A DNA stretch of 64,000 bases, from positions 256,001-320,000 of the forward strand of contig CAXXDQ010000003.1 of the NCBI GenBank assembly GCA_963664325.2. The letters are read 5' to 3'. The DNA is from Desulfomonilia bacterium (GTDB lineage: Bacteria > Desulfobacterota > Desulfomonilia > UBA1062). The notes under the pieces were generated by a model. That model saw nothing but the letters and a program-made list of their open reading frames with translations. It did not search any database and was not told where the DNA came from. Every line of letters begins with the position of its first letter. Positions within the stretch are counted from its first letter, which is position 1. The position numbers and the translations under genes were made by a program. Of the stretch, positions 19,251 through 28,816 are shown piece by piece.

Positions 19251-20384
19251 ATGTATAATGTGGATATTGTAATTATCGGAGCCGGGGTGACAGGGCTTAG
19301 TATCGCATCATCTCTATTACTGAGGAAAGATCTGAATATAGTTGTTATTGAAAAGGAGCCGGGTCCAGGCAGAGGTATAAGTTCAAGGAGCAGTGAGGTA
19401 ATACATGCAGGCATTTATTACCCTGAGTATTTTCTAAAAACAAGGCTTTGCGTTCAGGGGGCAAGGCTTCTTTATGAATTTTGCAATAGATATGAAGTGC
19501 CGTCAATTAAGATTGGCAAGCTGATAGTTGCATCTGATAATTCGGGTGTTAATGCAATTGAAGTCCTATATGAACAGGGTACAAAGAATGGAGTTGAAAA
19601 TTTAAAACTGCTTGACAGAAAGGATTTGAAAAATATTGAACCTAATATCAGAGGCATTGAAGCCTTATACTCTCCCGACTCTGGTATTATAAATTCACAT
19701 TATCTGATCAAGGTTCTTGAAGCGCTGTTATCTAATAATTGTGTAAAATTGCTTTATAACACAGAGTTAACTGCCATGGACTTTTCGAATACAGGATATA
19801 TATGTACGGTAAGAGATCTTTCAGAAGAATACTCTTTCCGGTCAAGAATTGTTATTAATGCGTCAGGTCTGAATTCTGACAGAATTGCGGGGATGGTTGG
19901 GATCGATATCGATATGACTGGTTATAGAATTTATAAAGTCAAGGGCGAATATTTCAGGCTGAAAGCAAGCAAGGCAAGCCTTGTTAACGGCCTTGTTTAC
20001 CCGAGCCCGGATAAGGATATGACAGGGCTTGGCATTCATGTAACCAAAGATATTGCAGGAGGTGTTCGACTCGGACCAAATGCATTTTATATCGATCAAA
20101 TGGATTATGATGTCGACCCATCCCACAAAAATGAATTTTATTTTGGTATCAAAGACTATTTGCCATTTGTTGAAAAACAAGATCTGTCACCGGATACGGC
20201 TGGCATAAGACCGAAGATCCAGGCAAAAGGGGAAGAGACAAAAGACTTCATTATCAGGCATGAGAAAGATAAAAGTCTGCCGGGTCTGATAAATCTTATT
20301 GGAATAGAGTCTCCCGGGCTCACATCATGTCTGGCGACAGGAAAATTTGTTAATCGCATTCTGTATGATGATGGTTTGCTGTAA
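19251..20384 (+). CDS. FAD-dependent oxidoreductase, L-2-hydroxyglutarate oxidase (LhgO)-like
   Basis: IIGAGVTG, SSRSSEVIHAGIYY, KGEYF, LGIHVT, GIESPGLTSCLA. Confidence 0.85.
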   Translation: MYNVDIVIIGAGVTGLSIASSLLLRKDLNIVVIEKEPGPGRGISSRSSEVIHAGIYYPEYFLKTRLCVQGARLLYEFCNRYEVPSIKIGKLIVASDNSGVNAIEVLYEQGTKNGVENLKLLDRKDLKNIEPNIRGIEALYSPDSGIINSHYLIKVLEALLSNNCVKLLYNTELTAMDFSNTGYICTVRDLSEEYSFRSRIVINASGLNSDRIAGMVGIDIDMTGYRIYKVKGEYFRLKASKASLVNGLVYPSPDKDMTGLGIHVTKDIAGGVRLGPNAFYIDQMDYDVDPSHKNEFYFGIKDYLPFVEKQDLSPDTAGIRPKIQAKGEETKDFIIRHEKDKSLPGLINLIGIESPGLTSCLATGKFVNRILYDDGLL

Positions 20385-20457
20385 ATTGTCTGATGAAAAA
20401 TTCAAGGATAGACTTTCGGTTCTTGACAAGATGGTCTTATGAATCTATTTTAACTTT

Positions 20458-20646
20458 ATGAGCAGAGATAGAATATTTTGTCCGGTATGTGCATGGAGGG
20501 GGGACTGCAACAAGAAATTCAAATCGACGGGCGGTATTAACTGCCCCGATTTCAGCAGGGATGTTACAATAAAAGCTATAGAAGAGCCGTCGCCACAACC
20601 AAAGAAGGAAGAAAAGAAGCCCAAAAAGGGTCTCTGGCCTATATAA
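20458..20646 (+). CDS. Small Cys-rich protein (CxxCAWR...C...C), putative metal-binding
   Basis: 62 aa, CPVCAWRGDCNKKF...CPDFSRD, Lys-rich tail; fills the gap between flanking genes. Confidence 0.6.
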   Translation: MSRDRIFCPVCAWRGDCNKKFKSTGGINCPDFSRDVTIKAIEEPSPQPKKEEKKPKKGLWPI

Positions 20647-20649
20647 TTT

Positions 20650-21996
20650 TTAAATATTATCTTTAAGGCTGACGGTTCTGAGCAGAGTCCCTTCATCTGT
20701 TACGATGAGTATAAGAATTTTGTCATCTGTCACAGCAAAATCTACACCATAACCTAATGTCGATCTTAAAGGTATGGTTTCTGTGAAGTCATTCACATTC
20801 CAGGTGTAAACCCTAATCTGGCATGATTTATATATGGTGACTTTATCGAGCACACCCCAAAGACCCTGATTGTTGTCGATCGTGATCATACTATTGGAAT
20901 CTACTACAATACGCGGGGGTAAAAAGTAATCAATTTCTGTTTCCCTGGACTCCGCATCTTCAGACGCACTTGATTTTTTTTCAATATATATTTGCTCCAA
21001 ATATAAAGGCAGCCGTGAAAATTGGATTTCGGATGTCCAGAGTGCTTTTTTGTCTACATCCGAGAAGGTAAAGGCCCCCTTGAACTTTTCCCAGGAACTT
21101 TTCGATGAGTGTTTTGGATTTTTCATGTCCTTGCTGTAAACACGGAGCTTTCCGTTGGTACTGGAAAAGGTTATTATTTCCTTTCCGTCACTCCATGGCA
21201 TTATATCAGCCCTTACGGATGCCAGCGGGTCCATCGATACCGGCAGCAGATCCGGGGTTCCTTCAACAGCCTTTGTTGACGACCACCTGTTGATCTCCTG
21301 GGTTAAATCAGGGAGCATGGATATATCAGTCTGCAATAAGCCATTACCCATTGGTAGAACCACTCCTGTCCAGGTATTTATGGTCACTCCTTCTTTTATC
21401 TGATTGGTTAAAAAAACATCCTTGTTATAACCGCCATTATATTTAATCAATGCAATGATCGTATCATTGTAAGGCCACATACGGAAAATCGGACCTGGCC
21501 CTTTGCATGTCCACCATGCATTTGCCTTCCCATCTTTTATTATATAAATTGTATTTTTGGCGGAAACATAAATATTTTCATTTAATAAAACTATAGATGT
21601 TGCTTTGAAATCAAACCTGATATCTTTGGTTACAGCTGGAGCTACGGGAGGTCTTGTGAGAGAAAAAAGCGATGAAATCATTTCATCAATTGTTGATGTC
21701 AGTTCTGAAAATGATTTCATATCCTTATGATAAGCTTTCGGAGGTGTGCCATCGAGTATTGCATCGAAGGAATATATATCTCCGAGTTTGTTAATTCCGA
21801 TATCGAGCTTGTTGTATTTCCCAGTATCGATGCCCCTTGCAAGGCATCTTGTCTCTATAGTTCTGTTTATCGCATCTTTCTGGTTTTTTAATTCATCCGG
21901 TCCGTTTATCTGGATGTCTACAGCCATTGCAGACAATTGAGATGTGATGCCAAACAAGGCAATTATTGATATTATCAGAATGGATAATTTTTTCAT
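20650..21996 (-). CDS. Secreted hypothetical protein, possibly beta-propeller/VCBS-like
   Basis: 448 aa ORF, signal peptide MKKLSILIISIIALFG, RBS GGGGAAG, beta-rich composition. Confidence 0.6.
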   Translation of the reverse strand: MKKLSILIISIIALFGITSQLSAMAVDIQINGPDELKNQKDAINRTIETRCLARGIDTGKYNKLDIGINKLGDIYSFDAILDGTPPKAYHKDMKSFSELTSTIDEMISSLFSLTRPPVAPAVTKDIRFDFKATSIVLLNENIYVSAKNTIYIIKDGKANAWWTCKGPGPIFRMWPYNDTIIALIKYNGGYNKDVFLTNQIKEGVTINTWTGVVLPMGNGLLQTDISMLPDLTQEINRWSSTKAVEGTPDLLPVSMDPLASVRADIMPWSDGKEIITFSSTNGKLRVYSKDMKNPKHSSKSSWEKFKGAFTFSDVDKKALWTSEIQFSRLPLYLEQIYIEKKSSASEDAESRETEIDYFLPPRIVVDSNSMITIDNNQGLWGVLDKVTIYKSCQIRVYTWNVNDFTETIPLRSTLGYGVDFAVTDDKILILIVTDEGTLLRTVSLKDNI

Positions 21997-22120
21997 AGCT
22001 TCCCCCTAATTTCTAATTGTTATATTTATTATAACATATCATATTATATTAACAAAACATTTGAATAAATATCAACAAACCGACATTTATTAATTGTATT
22101 ATTAGATCTGTTAATAGTAT

Positions 22121-22136
22121 ATGAATGACGATTCAT
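22121..22136. promoter_or_regulatory. Palindromic operator ATGAAT-N4-ATTCAT just upstream of a TTGACC -35-like hexamer; candidate TetR/FadR site
   Basis: Perfect 6-bp inverted repeat ATGAATgacgATTCAT; TTGACC at 22143-22148; upstream of the acs-tetR operon. Confidence 0.55.
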
Positions 22137-22213
22137 TTTTCCTTGACCTGATTGTCGCATTCGGTTATATGATGGCACGTTGCGAATAAAACCAATAATT
22201 AAGGAGGCAATTT

Positions 22214-24184
22214 ATGGCAGAAGATACCATGAGTATGTACGAAAAGATTTTCCCGGTTCCTCCCAAGGTTAGGGAAAAGGCCTACATCAAGAGCAAGGCT
22301 GAGTATGAGGCAATGTACAAGGATTCAATCGACAATCCGGAAAAATTCTGGGCAAAACAGGCCGAGAGACTCGACTGGTTCAAAAAGCCGACAAAGATCT
22401 GGGACTGGTCATTCACTTCACCTGTGAGCGTAAAATGGTTCGAAGACGGCGAGCTTAATGTCAGCTATAATTGCCTCGACCGCCATATTAAGAACGGAAA
22501 AAAGAATAAAGCAGCTATAATCTGGGAAGGAAACGACCCGTCAGAAAGCATAACATTAAGCTATATGGATATGTACCGAGAAGTAAACAAGGCCGCCAAT
22601 GTTCTCAAGCAGCTTGGTGTTAAAAAGGGCGACCGTGTAACAATATATCTTCCAATGGTTCCAGAACTTGCGATTACGATGCTCGCCTGCACAAGACTTG
22701 GCGCTATCCACTGCATAGTTTTCGGCGGTTTTTCGGCTGATGCGCTTCGCGACAGAATAGTAGACAGCGACTCCAAAGTTCTTATCACATGCGATGGCAC
22801 ATTCCGCGGTGCAAAGGCTGTTCCGCAGAAAGACAATGCAGATAAGGCAGTCGAACAATGTCCTTCGATCCAGAAGATGATAGTGGTTAAGAGAACTGGC
22901 GACCAAATCAAATGCGCATGGAAAGACGGTCGCGATCTCTGGTACGATGATCTTATGAAAGATGCAGCTCCTTACTGCGAACCTGAGAAGATGAATGCAG
23001 AAGATCCTCTGTTCATTCTTTACACATCAGGTTCAACAGGAAAACCCAAAGGTGTTGTTCATACGACCGGCGGTTACCTCTTGTATGCATCGGTAACGCA
23101 TCAATACATATTTGATTATCATGACGATGATATATACTGGTGCACAGCTGATATAGGCTGGGTAACAGGACATACCTATATAGTTTATGGTCCTCTGGCA
23201 AATGCTGCAACTTCAATAATGTTCGAAGGCGTTCCCAGTTATCCCGGTTTTGACAGGTTCTGGGCAGTAGTTGAGAAGTACAAGGTTGACATATTCTATA
23301 CCGCCCCTACAGCGATACGTGCGGTTGCAAAAGAAGGCGACAAATGGGTTGACATGCACGACATTACGTCAATCAGAATTCTCGGTTCGGTAGGAGAACC
23401 CTTGAACCCGGAAGCCTGGAGATGGTACTATGAAAAGATAGGGCGCAGTGAGTGCACGATTGTTGATACATGGTGGCAGACAGAGACAGGCGGTATTCTG
23501 ATTACCCCGCTGCCGGGTGCTATCGATATAAAGCCTGCAAAGGCTACAGTTCCTTTCTTCGGTATCGAACCCTGCATAGTTGACGATGACGGTAAAGAGC
23601 TTCAGGGTGTAGCCAGAGGCAATCTCTGCATCAAGAGACCATGGCCGGGCATGATGAGGGGTGTATGGGGCGATCCTAAGCGTTTTGAAGATACATACTT
23701 TGTTCAGTTCCCTGGTAAATATTTCACAGGTGACGGTTCCGAAAGAGACGATCTCGGCTATTACAAGATTACAGGCCGCGTTGACGACGTTATAAATGTA
23801 TCCGGTCACAGAATGGGTACGGCAGAAGTTGAAAGCGCTCTTGTTTCACATCCGAAGGTTGCAGAATCAGCAGTTGTCGGCTTCCCGCATGAGATCAAAG
23901 GCCAGGGTATCTTTGCTTATGTTACCTTGAATACAGGCGTTGAAAAAACTGATGAACTTAAGAAAGAACTTATAGCTCATGTCCGTAAGGAAATTGGACC
24001 TATAGCAACACCTGATCATATACTCTGGGCTGACGGTCTTCCTAAGACACGTTCTGGCAAAATCATGCGACGTGTTCTTAAAAAGGTTGCAGCTGCTGAT
24101 TATAGTGATTTCGGTGATACATCGACACTCGCAGATCCGAATGTTGTGAATGTTCTGGTCGACGAAAGAAAGAAACTGAAGTAA
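22214..24184 (+). CDS. acs: Acetyl-CoA synthetase (AMP-forming)
   Basis: [58 protein letters not shown] (acetylation Lys); RBS AAGGAGG. Confidence 0.97.
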   Translation: MAEDTMSMYEKIFPVPPKVREKAYIKSKAEYEAMYKDSIDNPEKFWAKQAERLDWFKKPTKIWDWSFTSPVSVKWFEDGELNVSYNCLDRHIKNGKKNKAAIIWEGNDPSESITLSYMDMYREVNKAANVLKQLGVKKGDRVTIYLPMVPELAITMLACTRLGAIHCIVFGGFSADALRDRIVDSDSKVLITCDGTFRGAKAVPQKDNADKAVEQCPSIQKMIVVKRTGDQIKCAWKDGRDLWYDDLMKDAAPYCEPEKMNAEDPLFILYTSGSTGKPKGVVHTTGGYLLYASVTHQYIFDYHDDDIYWCTADIGWVTGHTYIVYGPLANAATSIMFEGVPSYPGFDRFWAVVEKYKVDIFYTAPTAIRAVAKEGDKWVDMHDITSIRILGSVGEPLNPEAWRWYYEKIGRSECTIVDTWWQTETGGILITPLPGAIDIKPAKATVPFFGIEPCIVDDDGKELQGVARGNLCIKRPWPGMMRGVWGDPKRFEDTYFVQFPGKYFTGDGSERDDLGYYKITGRVDDVINVSGHRMGTAEVESALVSHPKVAESAVVGFPHEIKGQGIFAYVTLNTGVEKTDELKKELIAHVRKEIGPIATPDHILWADGLPKTRSGKIMRRVLKKVAAADYSDFGDTSTLADPNVVNVLVDERKKLK

Positions 24185-24199
24185 GATTTGGTTTTGGAG

Positions 24200-24226
24200 C
24201 CGGGGGCATATTTTGCCCCCGGGTTT
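24200..24226 (+). terminator. Hairpin after acs (weak terminator or mRNA stabiliser)
   Basis: CCGGGGGCA-tattt-TGCCCCCGG perfect 9-bp stem followed by only GTTT. Confidence 0.6.
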
Positions 24227-24284
24227 AGATACTAACTGTTCTGAAATTTTGCTGTAACTTTCTGCATAAGGTGAAGGGATCTAT

Positions 24285-24863
24285 ATGAGAGGTGAAGAAA
24301 AATACAGAACAATATTGAATGCTGCAAAGCAAGTATTTGCTAAAGAGGGATTCTATAACTCCAAAGTTTCGGAAATAGCCAGAGAAGCCCATGTGGCAGA
24401 CGGTACTATATATCTATATTTCAAAAATAAAGATGATATTCTAATATCTCTTTTTGAAGAAGAACTTACAAGAATCATTAAACTTGTAAAAAGTGAGCTT
24501 GAAGGCATTGATGATCCCAAGCAAAAAATAGTCAGATTTTTCGAAACACACCTCGGAATGGTTGAATCAGATAGACCTCTGGCTGAGGTAATCCAGGTTG
24601 AATTAAAACAGTCAAACAAATTTATGAGAGAGTACAAAAATAAGCATTTTCTGGCTTATCTTAATATAGTTGCAGAAATAATAATCGATGGACAACAGCG
24701 CGGGGTGTTTAGAAGGGATATAAAACCTGAAATCACATCAAGGGCAATCTACGGATCACTCGATGAACTGTCCACATATCTTGTAACATCAAAAAGAAAA
24801 AGGTTTGATGTCCGCGATATAGCAATAGAGGTAGCTGCATATTTTATAAACGGGCTCTGTTAA
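24285..24863 (+). CDS. TetR/AcrR family regulator, FadR(YsiA)-like
   Basis: ILNAAKQVFAKEGF...IAREAHVADGTIYLYFKNKDDIL; ELKQSNK and GQQRGVFRRDI in the C-terminal domain; located within beta-oxidation genes. Confidence 0.9.
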   Translation: MRGEEKYRTILNAAKQVFAKEGFYNSKVSEIAREAHVADGTIYLYFKNKDDILISLFEEELTRIIKLVKSELEGIDDPKQKIVRFFETHLGMVESDRPLAEVIQVELKQSNKFMREYKNKHFLAYLNIVAEIIIDGQQRGVFRRDIKPEITSRAIYGSLDELSTYLVTSKRKRFDVRDIAIEVAAYFINGLC

Positions 24864-24895
24864 CAGTTTAGCAGGTTTTTTAAAAGGGGTTTTGA

Positions 24896-26875
24896 ATGCA
24901 GATAAAAAAAGCAGCTGTTATTGGCGGCGGGGCAATGGGAGGCTCAATTGCCCATCTTTTGACCACGGTCGGGATTGAATGCTTTGTCAAAGACGTTGAT
25001 CAAAAGTTTGTCGACAAGGCCATAAGCCTTTCAAAAGGTGTTTATGAAAAACTTGTAGCCAAGGGTAAACTTGCTGTTGAAAAGGCGGAAGCAAGGCAGG
25101 CGCTATTAAAAGGCGGCATTCAATATGATCTTGAATATATGAAAGATGTTGACCTTATTATTGAGGCCGTACCAGAGATACTCAAACTCAAAAAACAAAT
25201 ATTTGCCGAACTTGATAAAATTTGTCCTGAAAAAACCATTCTTGCCTCGAACACATCATCATTGAGTCTGACTGATATAGCCGAGGAAATTCAAAGAAAA
25301 GACCGATTTATAGGACTTCATTTCTTTAATCCGGCACATGTAATGAAGCTGGTGGAGGTCATTTATGACCAGAACACTTCACATGAGACCCTTGAGGAAA
25401 TGATGAAATTTACAACCATAATTGATAAGGTCGCCATCAAATGTAAAAATGCACCAGGGTTTGTGGTTAACCGAATACTTATTCCATACATGAATGAGGC
25501 TCTGCTTGCCCTTATGGATGGGTCGGGCACAATGGAAGAGATAGATGAAACAATGGTTAAATTCGGAATGCCTATGGGACCGTTTACACTCTGGGATCTC
25601 GTTGGTCTGGATGTGGCTATGCACGCTTCCGTTTCGCTTGAAGAGGCATTTGGAAAAAGAACTCCTGTACCTGACATACTCAAAGTCATGGTCGGTAAAA
25701 AAATGTTTGGCCAGAAAACCGGCAAAGGTTTTTATGATTACTCAGATAAGTCTAAGAAAACAGCCAACACCGAGGTCGAGAAATATTTAAATAAACTATG
25801 GAAAGAGAATCCTCCTGAGGGCCTGGATTTTGAGCCTGAGAGGTTGCTTGCTGTTCAGGCGAGAGAGGCCCTTCTGATTGCTGCCGAAGAAGTTGCAGGT
25901 GCTCATGATATAGATACCGGGATGGTTTATGGAACGAATTTCCCAACCAAAGTTGCATATGGTCCCCTGCACTGGGCTGAAGAAGTTATGGGCTGGTCGA
26001 ATGTTGCAGATATAGCTGAAATGTATGCGAACGAAGTTGGCCCTGAAAGGTTTACTTTACCTTCTTCAATTGAGGCTCTGGCAAATGGTGGCAGTATATT
26101 TATCAATTGCACATATGAAGTAGACAAAAACGGAGTTGCATTAGTAACAGTGGAAAATCCTCCGATGAATGTCCTAAGCGTCAAAACTGTCAATGATATT
26201 TCAAACTGCATGCTCAAGGCAATAGCAGATCCTTCTGTAAGGGTAATTGTTCTTACCGGCAAAGGAAGGGCATTTGTTGCAGGTGCAGATATAAAGGAAT
26301 TCCAGCAGATAATGACGCTGGGTAGTGCCAAAGAATATTCAGAGCGCGGCCAGCTGATGACCAATATAATAGAAGGTTCAGATAAGCCAGTTATATGTGC
26401 CATAAATGGCTTTGCATTGGGCGGAGGACTTGAACTAGCAATGCCCTGTCATATCAGGATAGCTGCAGATTCGGCTAAACTCGGACTTCCAGAGATAAAT
26501 CTTGGCATCATCCCGGGATTTGCGGGAACACAAAGATTGCCTAGACTTGTCGGAAAAGCAAAAGGCATTGAGATGATACTGACAGGCGCACCGATAAATG
26601 CTCAGGAGGCCTTGGCTGTCGGGCTGGTTAACAAGGTAGTGCCCTTGGCGTCATTGATAGAGGAAGCCAAAGATTTGGCTAATGTGATATCAAAAAAAGG
26701 AAGGGTTGCTGTTTCTTCCGCCCTGATGTCCGTAATGGATGGATACGATGAAACTTTTGAAGACGGATGCACGATTGAGTCTGAAAATTTTGCACGCGTA
26801 AAGGTGTCAGCGGATGGAGTTGAAGGTGTTGATGCCTTCCTGACAAAACGTGCTGCAAAGTTCAGAGATATGTAA
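24896..26875 (+). CDS. Bifunctional 3-hydroxyacyl-CoA dehydrogenase (N-term) / enoyl-CoA hydratase (C-term)
   Basis: GGGAMG, IIEAVPE, ASNTSSL, GLHFFNPA, PGFVVNRIL; C-terminal FVAGADIKE, GFALGGGLELA, GLPEINLGIIPGFAGTQRLPRLVG. Confidence 0.93.
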   Translation: MQIKKAAVIGGGAMGGSIAHLLTTVGIECFVKDVDQKFVDKAISLSKGVYEKLVAKGKLAVEKAEARQALLKGGIQYDLEYMKDVDLIIEAVPEILKLKKQIFAELDKICPEKTILASNTSSLSLTDIAEEIQRKDRFIGLHFFNPAHVMKLVEVIYDQNTSHETLEEMMKFTTIIDKVAIKCKNAPGFVVNRILIPYMNEALLALMDGSGTMEEIDETMVKFGMPMGPFTLWDLVGLDVAMHASVSLEEAFGKRTPVPDILKVMVGKKMFGQKTGKGFYDYSDKSKKTANTEVEKYLNKLWKENPPEGLDFEPERLLAVQAREALLIAAEEVAGAHDIDTGMVYGTNFPTKVAYGPLHWAEEVMGWSNVADIAEMYANEVGPERFTLPSSIEALANGGSIFINCTYEVDKNGVALVTVENPPMNVLSVKTVNDISNCMLKAIADPSVRVIVLTGKGRAFVAGADIKEFQQIMTLGSAKEYSERGQLMTNIIEGSDKPVICAINGFALGGGLELAMPCHIRIAADSAKLGLPEINLGIIPGFAGTQRLPRLVGKAKGIEMILTGAPINAQEALAVGLVNKVVPLASLIEEAKDLANVISKKGRVAVSSALMSVMDGYDETFEDGCTIESENFARVKVSADGVEGVDAFLTKRAAKFRDM

Positions 26876-26914
26876 AATAAGGCTTGAGGCCAATAAACGG
26901 TAAGGAGGTTTAAT

Positions 26915-27694
26915 GTGAACAGTGTAGTATGCATTAAGCAGGTACCTGATACCGAGACATTGATCAAAATTGACGGCTCGGGAATAGGTATTGCGACGGA
27001 CGGTGTCAAATGGGTTATGAATCCCTATGACGAATTTGCAGTAGAAGAGGCCCTTAAACAGAAGGAAAAGGCCGGAGCTGGTAATATAACAATCGTATCG
27101 CTCGGTCCGGATAGGGCAATCGAAACCATCAGAACAGCCCTTGCAATGGGTGCTGATAACGGTATCCATATACAGGATGCCGATTTTGCAGCCAAAGCAG
27201 ACCCTTATGCTACAGCTTCTGCACTTGCTGCAGCAATCAAGGGAATTGCAGATGTAAAGACTATCTGGTGCGGAAAACAGGCCATTGATGATGATGCCGC
27301 CCAGGTTCCGTCAATACTAGGCGAATTGCTCGGTCTTCCGGTTATCACAATGGTCACGAAGTTCGAAGTAGCCGGGGATAAGGCAGTTGCAACAAGAGAA
27401 ATAGAAGGTGGCCAGGCAGTTATTGAAGTACCTCTTCCAGCTATTTTTACGGCACAGAAGGGTCTTAATGAGCCCAGGTATGCATCACTACCCGGAATTA
27501 TGAAGGCAAAGAAGAAGCCGGTTGATGTAAAGACGGCAGCAGACCTTGGTGTCGGCGCAGCAGCGAAGACCGCTATAAAAAATATGACCCTTCCGCCCGC
27601 CCGCCAGGCCGGCAAGAAAATAGAAGGTGACGATGCCGATATTAAGGCAGCAGCACTTGCTAAAGCCCTTAATGAAGAAGCAAAGGTCATCTAG
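26915..27694 (+). CDS. etfB: Electron transfer flavoprotein beta subunit
   Basis: CIKQVPDT, MNPYDEFAVEEAL, GKQAIDDD, NEPRYASLPGIMKAKKKP; GTG start after AAGGAGG. Confidence 0.96.
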   Translation: MNSVVCIKQVPDTETLIKIDGSGIGIATDGVKWVMNPYDEFAVEEALKQKEKAGAGNITIVSLGPDRAIETIRTALAMGADNGIHIQDADFAAKADPYATASALAAAIKGIADVKTIWCGKQAIDDDAAQVPSILGELLGLPVITMVTKFEVAGDKAVATREIEGGQAVIEVPLPAIFTAQKGLNEPRYASLPGIMKAKKKPVDVKTAADLGVGAAAKTAIKNMTLPPARQAGKKIEGDDADIKAAALAKALNEEAKVI

Positions 27695-27712
27695 GGGAAG
27701 GAGGATAGGACA

Positions 27713-28684
27713 ATGGCAGGAATATTAATAGTAGCGGAAGTTCAAAAAGGCGAAATCAAAAAGGCTGCGTATGAAATAACAAGCAAGGCGAAGACGCTTG
27801 GAGGCGAGGTTTCAGCGGTTATAGTAGGTTCAGGTGTAGCTTCTCTTGCAGGCAATCTTGCGAAGTTCGGGGCGGATAAAATCTTTGTTGTTGATGCACC
27901 TGATTATGCCAACTATTCAACAGAAGCCTATGTACAGGCAGTTGCAGCGGTTGTGGCGAAGGTCAGCCCGTCGGTGATTCTGATTGCGGCGTCTGCACAG
28001 GGTAAAGATCTGACGCCGGCCCTTGCCGCCAGGCTTGGCGTAGGTTCCATATCCGACGTAGTCGACCTTAGTATGGAAGGCGGCAAGGTTGTTGCAAAAA
28101 GGCCGATATATGCCGGCAAGGCATATACAATGATAGAGTGTGTTGCAGATCCGCAGGTAATCTCAGTAAGACCGAATTCATTTATTGCTTCAGAGGTAGC
28201 GGGCGCGGGTGCAATTGAAAATGTAGCGGTTGCACTTGATGCTGCAAAGATCAAAGCTGTTGTTAAATCGGTTGAAGTAGCGGCATCCAAAGAACCGGAT
28301 CAGACAGAAGCTGAAATTATTGTATCCGGTGGCCGTGGCATGAAAGGTCCTGATGAGTTTAATATTCTCCGTGAACTGGCAAAGGCACTGGGACCAACAG
28401 CAACAATCGGTGCATCCCGTGCAGCAGTTGATGCCGGCTGGATCGGACATGGTTATCAGGTCGGACAAACAGGAAAGACCGTCAGCCCCAATCTGTATAT
28501 TGCATGCGGTATCTCAGGCGCAATCCAGCATCTTGCAGGTATGGGTACCTCCAAGGTGATTGTGGCAATAAATAAGGATGCCGAGGCTCCTATATTCAGC
28601 AAGGCAGACTTTGGTGTAGTCGATGACCTTTTCAAGGTTGTTCCTGCACTTACCAATGAAGTCAAGAAAATAAAGGGAGCCTAA
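27713..28684 (+). CDS. etfA: Electron transfer flavoprotein alpha subunit
   Basis: [50 protein letters not shown]. Confidence 0.96.
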   Translation: MAGILIVAEVQKGEIKKAAYEITSKAKTLGGEVSAVIVGSGVASLAGNLAKFGADKIFVVDAPDYANYSTEAYVQAVAAVVAKVSPSVILIAASAQGKDLTPALAARLGVGSISDVVDLSMEGGKVVAKRPIYAGKAYTMIECVADPQVISVRPNSFIASEVAGAGAIENVAVALDAAKIKAVVKSVEVAASKEPDQTEAEIIVSGGRGMKGPDEFNILRELAKALGPTATIGASRAAVDAGWIGHGYQVGQTGKTVSPNLYIACGISGAIQHLAGMGTSKVIVAINKDAEAPIFSKADFGVVDDLFKVVPALTNEVKKIKGA

Positions 28685-28692
28685 CCTAGAAG

Positions 28693-28725
28693 AAAAAAGG
28701 GCGGGGATCTCCCGTCCTTTTATTT
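28693..28725 (+). terminator. Rho-independent terminator-like hairpin after etfA
   Basis: AAAAGGGCGGG-gatct-CCCGTCCTTTTATTT. Confidence 0.7.
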
Positions 28726-28816
28726 CGCAAATACGGGGCGGCATGCAGTAATGAGCTGCATGCGGCCCGGTTTTTGGGAATAAGGTAGTGATTATCAAAG
28801 CTCTATAGGGGGATAT

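Noticed and set aside
22173-22190. TGGCACGTTGCG as a sigma-54 promoter for acs
   Set aside because: The GG-to-GC spacing is not the required 10 nt.
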